Below are positions 19,999 through 24,000 of a stretch of 24,000 nt of DNA, piece by piece. Within the stretch, counting starts at the first letter, position 1; each line of letters opens with the position of its first letter. The DNA is from Pseudonocardiales bacterium (lineage in GTDB: Bacteria > Actinomycetota > Actinomycetes > Mycobacteriales > Jatrophihabitantaceae), in the NCBI GenBank assembly GCA_030840295.1, contig JAVEET010000036.1:1-24000 (forward strand), in the 5' to 3' direction. Under the pieces are notes generated by a model. The model saw nothing but the letters and a program-made list of their open reading frames with translations. It did not search any database and was not told the origin of the DNA. A program made the translations under genes and the position numbers.

Positions 19999-20018
19999 TG
20001 CGGGACCTTGGACCCTGC
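19999..20018. promoter_or_regulatory. Candidate DosR (DevR) box upstream of the Acg-like gene
   Basis: tgcGGGACCTTGGACCCtgc compared with my recollection of the consensus TTSGGGACTWWAGTCCCSAA gives 13/20 matches. The core is GGGAC-N4-G-N-CCC, centred about 85 nt upstream of the ATG at 20092. Confidence 0.35.
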
Positions 20019-20091
20019 TGTCCCGCGGTCGGACAGAGGAAGGTTCAAGGGGATCGTAGGTACGAACCAACCCCGCGAATACGGTGATGAC

Positions 20092-21084
20092 ATGAGCTCG
20101 TTGACCCAGTCGAACGGAATCCAATCGCTGCGCAGAGCGGCGGTACGCGGCTCGCTCGCGGCCTCAGTGCACAACACCCAACCGTGGACTTTCGTCGTCG
20201 GTACGCATGCCCTGGAGATCCATGCTGACCCGAAGCGGCGTTTGAGCATCCTGGACCCGGCCGGGCGACAGATGATCATCAGCTGTGGCTGTGCCCTGTT
20301 CAACGTCCGGGTTTCACTCGCCGCGAATGGTTATCGGAGTGCGGTCGAGCGTTTCCCGGATCCCGGCAGGCCGGATGTCCTGGCCCGCCTGACCATCGTC
20401 CATGATCCGAGCGCGGCCGCCAGTGACCTCGCGGCCCTGAACCCGCTGATCGACCTACGGCGTACGAACCGCCGTCGTTTCGCCGAAGACGCGGTGCCCG
20501 AGGATCTCGTAAGCGAGCTCGTGTCCGTGGCCGGGATCGAGGGTGCGCAGTTGGTGCCCGTCACGCGTGCGGAGGATCGGGTTGTTGTCTCGGTCCTGAG
20601 CCAGCGAGCGGATGCGCAGGAGAATGCCGACCCCGCCTACCGCGCAGAGCTGCGGGCGTGGACCACCGACGATGCTCGACGGGGCGACGGCGTGCCTGCT
20701 CTGGCCGTACCGCATGGCGGTGTCGGCGCCCACGACGATGTCCCGATTCGCGACTTCGACACCAGCGGTACCGGATCGCTGCCGACGGAGACCCGTTCCA
20801 GCCTGAACCAATGTCTGCTGCTGCTCGGCACCGATGCCGATACCCCAGCTGCCTGGCTGCGAACGGGGGAGGCCCTGGAGCGGCTGCTGCTCGAGGTTAC
20901 CCGGCACGGCTACTCCGCCAGTCCCATGACTCAGATCATCGAGGTTCCGAATACCCGTGCATTGCTGCGGACAGAATTGCGGCTGAAGATGCAACCGCAG
21001 ATATTGCTGCGGATCGGCCGGGCTCCCGCGACTCCCGCCACCCGCCGGCGCCGACTGGTCGAGGTCTTGGTCGAGTCCGCGTGA
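20092..21084 (+). CDS. Acg-family FMN-binding nitroreductase-like protein (Rv2032/Rv3131/Rv3127 family, DosR-regulon type)
   Basis: 330 aa from the ATG at 20092 (MSSLTQ...). The SLAASVHNTQPWTF motif and the size are typical of the Acg family. The ORF-track start at 19822 adds an implausible Arg/Pro-rich extension. Confidence 0.85.
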   Translation: MSSLTQSNGIQSLRRAAVRGSLAASVHNTQPWTFVVGTHALEIHADPKRRLSILDPAGRQMIISCGCALFNVRVSLAANGYRSAVERFPDPGRPDVLARLTIVHDPSAAASDLAALNPLIDLRRTNRRRFAEDAVPEDLVSELVSVAGIEGAQLVPVTRAEDRVVVSVLSQRADAQENADPAYRAELRAWTTDDARRGDGVPALAVPHGGVGAHDDVPIRDFDTSGTGSLPTETRSSLNQCLLLLGTDADTPAAWLRTGEALERLLLEVTRHGYSASPMTQIIEVPNTRALLRTELRLKMQPQILLRIGRAPATPATRRRRLVEVLVESA

Positions 21085-21130
21085 GCCGACAGTCTTGCGG
21101 TTGTCCTCGCAGGCGTTAGTGTCTGGACAG

Positions 21131-22915
21131 ATGAAGCAGTCCGAGATTCCGCAACCTGACGCCGACCAGCCGATGTCCATGGAAGGGCCACGCCTGGAGC
21201 TGGACGAGCTGCTGGCCCAGCTGGTGGATCGCGCCCAGGACGTGATGGGCGCGCAAAGCAGGCTGCGTGGGCTGCTGCGCGCAAACCGGATGATCGTCGG
21301 AGACCTAGCGTTGCCCGTGGTACTCCGCCGGATCGTGGAAGCCGCGTGCGAACTCGTGCACGCCCGCTACGGTGCCCTGGGCGTGATTGCACCCGGCGGT
21401 GGTCTGGAGCAGTTCATCCACGTCGGCATGGATCCCGAGACGGTGGCGCGCATCGGGCACCTTCCCGAGGGCAAAGGGTTACTGGGCGCGCTTATCGACG
21501 ACCCGCGCCCGATTCGGCTACAGGACATGGCAGCCGACCCACGTTCGGTCGGGTTTCCGCCGGACCATCCGCCGATGGACAGCTTCCTGGGTGTGCCCAT
21601 CCGGGTCCGGGACGAGGTGTACGGCAATCTGTATCTGACCGGCCACGACCAGAGCGAGGTCAGCGCCGAGGACGAGGAGCTCGTGTTGTCACTGGCAGCG
21701 AGCGCCGGCGTGGCCATCGAGAACGCGCGGCTCTTCGACGAGGCACGTAAGCGGCAGGAGTGGTTGCAGGCCTCGACAGAGATCACCCGGCAACTGTTGT
21801 CCAACGAGGGTGAAGAACCACTGCGGGTGATCGCCCGTCGGTTGCAGCAGATCGCCGACGCCGACGCGGTGAACGTCGTGCTGCCCACCCCGGAGGGCGG
21901 ACGTCTGATGGTCGAGGTAGCGACCGGGGCCGGAGCCGACCAACTCACCGGATTGAGCTACCCGATCGAGAACACAGTGTCCCAACTGGTGCTCGACAAC
22001 GGCCGCGCCGTGTTGATCGGCGACATCTCGCTGGAACAGCAGCACTCCGTGCACCTGAGCGAATTCGTGCCGATCGGGCCGTTGATGGTGCTGCCGCTCG
22101 TCGGCACCCAACGGGTCCGCGGGGCGTTGGTTGTCGGTCGGTTGCATGGCAGGCCGCGGTTCACCGCCGGAGACCTGGAGATGGCCACCACGTTTGCCAA
22201 CCAGGCCGCGGTGGCAGTGGAACTGGCTGACGCTCGAGCAGACCAGGAACGGGTTGCCCTGCTCGAAGACCGGGACCGCATCGCCCGCGATCTGCACGAT
22301 CACGTAATCCAACGACTGTTCGGCGCCGGACTGACGGTGCAGAGCATCGCGTCCGGGTTGGGCGACGAATCCTTTGCCCACCGCCTGGGCCGGGTTGTCA
22401 CCGACATCGACGAGACCATCCGCCAGATCCGAACGTCGATCTTCCAACTCCGCGGGCCGCTCGGTCCGGCGACCGGCGCGGTACGTGCCCGGCTGCTCGC
22501 CGTGGCAGCCGAGATCGCCCCGTCGCTACAGTTCGCGCCTAGGTTGACGTTCTCGGGACCGGTCGACTCCGTGGTACCCGAGGCCGTCGCCGACGAACTC
22601 GTAGCCGTGCTGCGCGAGGCGCTGAGCAATGTCGCACGACATGCCTCGGCAAAGTCGGTAGCCGTCAACCTCGATGCGAACTCGCATGCTTTTAACGCCG
22701 AGGTGTCCCTCGCGATCACTGACGACGGGGTCGGCATGGGCGACACCGAACGACGGAGTGGGCTGGCCAATTTGCGCGAGCGAGCCGAATGCCACGGCGG
22801 TTCGTTCACGATTCGCTCGCCGCTGGGGGATCCCGATTCTTCGGGCACCGAAGCCGGGGCACAACTCGGAGCACCGGGAGGAACGCGGCTATTATGGACC
22901 ATTCCCTTGAATTGA
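21131..22915 (+). CDS. dosS: DosS/DosT (DevS)-like heme sensor histidine kinase (GAF-GAF-HisKA_3-HATPase_c)
   Basis: It aligns by eye along the length of M. tuberculosis DevS. Matches include ARYGALGV, GHLPEGKGLLG, GFPPDHPPMDSFLGVPIRVRDEVYGNLYL (proximal heme His context conserved) and the H-box DRDRIARDLHDHVIQRLFG. The start is uncertain: 21095 TTG, 21131 ATG or 21173 ATG. Confidence 0.88.
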   Translation: MKQSEIPQPDADQPMSMEGPRLELDELLAQLVDRAQDVMGAQSRLRGLLRANRMIVGDLALPVVLRRIVEAACELVHARYGALGVIAPGGGLEQFIHVGMDPETVARIGHLPEGKGLLGALIDDPRPIRLQDMAADPRSVGFPPDHPPMDSFLGVPIRVRDEVYGNLYLTGHDQSEVSAEDEELVLSLAASAGVAIENARLFDEARKRQEWLQASTEITRQLLSNEGEEPLRVIARRLQQIADADAVNVVLPTPEGGRLMVEVATGAGADQLTGLSYPIENTVSQLVLDNGRAVLIGDISLEQQHSVHLSEFVPIGPLMVLPLVGTQRVRGALVVGRLHGRPRFTAGDLEMATTFANQAAVAVELADARADQERVALLEDRDRIARDLHDHVIQRLFGAGLTVQSIASGLGDESFAHRLGRVVTDIDETIRQIRTSIFQLRGPLGPATGAVRARLLAVAAEIAPSLQFAPRLTFSGPVDSVVPEAVADELVAVLREALSNVARHASAKSVAVNLDANSHAFNAEVSLAITDDGVGMGDTERRSGLANLRERAECHGGSFTIRSPLGDPDSSGTEAGAQLGAPGGTRLLWTIPLN

Positions 22916-23562
22916 GCCAGAGTCACGAAGCAGTTCGGGTATTCCTACTCGACGATCACGAGATCGTGCGCCGCGGTATCGCAGACCTCCTCGGCGCCGA
23001 AGCGGACATCGTGGTAGTGGGGGAAGCCGCCACAGCCGCGCAAGCGCTGGCCCGTATTCCCGCGGCGCGCCCGGATGTAGCCATCCTCGACGCTCGACTC
23101 CCCGATGGCAGTGGCATCGACGTTTGCCGCGATATCCGCTCGAGCATGCCCGCTGTTCGCTGCCTCATCCTGACTTCCTACGACGACAACGACGCGATCT
23201 TCGCGGCAGTGATGGCCGGCGCGGCCGGATACCTTCTCAAGGAGGTCCGGGGCTCGTCCCTCGTGGAAGCGATTCGGCAGGTCGCCGCGGGCAAATCATT
23301 GCTTGATCCGTCTGTCACCGAACGCTTGCTGACGCGGCTGCGCGACGGCGAACCCGAGGATGGGCGGCTGGCCGCCCTCACCGATCGCGAACACGAAATC
23401 CTGGGCCTCATCGCCGACGGCCTGACCAACAAGCAGATCGGCGAGCGACTCTTCCTCGCGGAGAAGACCATCAAGAACTACGTTTCCGGCCTCCTCGCCA
23501 AACTTGGCATGCAACGCCGGACGCAGGCCGCGGTGTTCGGCGCGGAAACTCGGCGCCGTTGA
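22894..23562 (+). CDS. dosR: DosR (DevR)-like NarL/LuxR-family response regulator
   Basis: 222 aa from the ATG at 22894, with GGGAGGAA upstream. VFLLDDHEIVRRG, the phospho-acceptor context VAILDARLPDGSGIDVCRDI, and the C-terminal LTNKQIGERLFLAEKTIKNYVSGLLAKLGMQRRTQAAVF are very close to DevR. It overlaps the kinase 3' end by 22 nt. Confidence 0.92.
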   Translation: MDHSLELSQSHEAVRVFLLDDHEIVRRGIADLLGAEADIVVVGEAATAAQALARIPAARPDVAILDARLPDGSGIDVCRDIRSSMPAVRCLILTSYDDNDAIFAAVMAGAAGYLLKEVRGSSLVEAIRQVAAGKSLLDPSVTERLLTRLRDGEPEDGRLAALTDREHEILGLIADGLTNKQIGERLFLAEKTIKNYVSGLLAKLGMQRRTQAAVFGAETRRR

Positions 23563-23696
23563 ATCTGCCGGATTCCGCATGGGACGGGACGTTTGGCACT
23601 GCCGTAACACCGCTTGGCGGACGACGATGAACACTAACCAGAAGGCTGCGAACACCGTTCGCGGATACCTGGGATATGGAGTTCGAAGGAGTCGTC

Positions 23697-24000
23697 GTGA
23701 CAGGCACCAGAATTGTTGTCGGAGTAGACGGTTCCCCCGCGGCGCAATCGGCACTGACCTGGGCGGCGCGTGAAGCGAGAGTCCGGCAACGGTCTCTGCT
23801 CATCGTGCACTGCCCTGAACTGGCCTACGCCGGAATGATCCCTGCGGAACAATCTGCCATGCAGGTTCTAGATGACCTCGGCGAACGCCTGCTCGCGCAA
23901 CAAGCCGCTACTGCGTCAGCCCAGCAACCGGGGGTACTCGTCACTACACTGCTCAGCCAGTCCCGGCCGAGTGACGCCCTCGTTGATCTCAGCATCGATG
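23697..24000 (+). CDS. Universal stress protein (UspA family), 5' part; continues beyond the window
   Basis: Manual translation from the GTG at 23697 (GAAGGAG 6 nt upstream) gives VTGTRIVVGVDGSPAAQSALTWAAREARVRQRSLLIVHC..., a classic USP N-terminus. An in-frame ATG at 23676 is an alternative start. Confidence 0.8.
   Translation, partial: MTGTRIVVGVDGSPAAQSALTWAAREARVRQRSLLIVHCPELAYAGMIPAEQSAMQVLDDLGERLLAQQAATASAQQPGVLVTTLLSQSRPSDALVDLSID

Noticed and set aside
19822-20091. 90-codon N-terminal extension of the Acg-like gene. Likewise the 35-codon extension of the response regulator (22789-22893).
   Set aside because: The extensions overlap upstream genes or intergenic regulatory sequence and are compositionally aberrant. 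The internal ATGs give proteins matching the usual Acg (about 330 aa) and DevR (about 220 aa) lengths. The regulator ATG has a GGGAGGAA RBS.

Overview
High-GC, actinobacterial-type chromosomal segment (Mycobacterium/Rhodococcus/Pseudonocardia-like codon usage; GTG starts and GGAGG-type ribosome-binding sites are common). There are three blocks. (1) 1-6770 is a housekeeping/accessory mix: the 3' part of a two-component sensor kinase, a 4-TM membrane protein, a Tat/lipobox phosphoesterase-family (acid phosphatase/phospholipase C type) lipoprotein, a decayed head-to-head pair of oxidoreductase remnants, a membrane-anchored hypothetical protein, and the NhaA Na+/H+ antiporter with a DsbA-like thioredoxin-fold protein. 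(2) 6772-18989 holds a divergent GAF/AAA+/Fis-HTH (AcoR/MimR-type) regulator and a complete soluble di-iron monooxygenase operon of the propane/acetone/phenol (PrmABCD/MimABCD) type. Its order is hydroxylase alpha, reductase, hydroxylase beta, coupling protein, amidohydrolase, DUF59-domain protein, Zn alcohol dehydrogenase, dedicated GroEL-like chaperonin. An Nramp/MntH divalent-metal transporter then follows after only 48 bp. (3) 19018-24000 carries two orphan ORFs and a DosR-type hypoxia/redox island: Acg-like nitroreductase, DosS/DosT-like GAF-GAF heme kinase, DosR-like NarL response regulator, and the start of a universal stress protein. I saw no tRNA/rRNA, CRISPR array, transposase or integrase. 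The most noteworthy non-gene structures are a 27-bp perfect inverted repeat at 1776-1836, a 9-bp tandem repeat at 6719-6770, a 13-bp GC stem-loop between the monooxygenase alpha and reductase genes, and a DosR-box-like palindrome upstream of the Acg-like gene. I did not find an obviously novel multi-gene system. The best leads are the uncharacterised accessory genes and the metal importer attached to the monooxygenase operon, and the degenerate AAA+ regulator. All family assignments come from motif recognition by eye; no database search was run.
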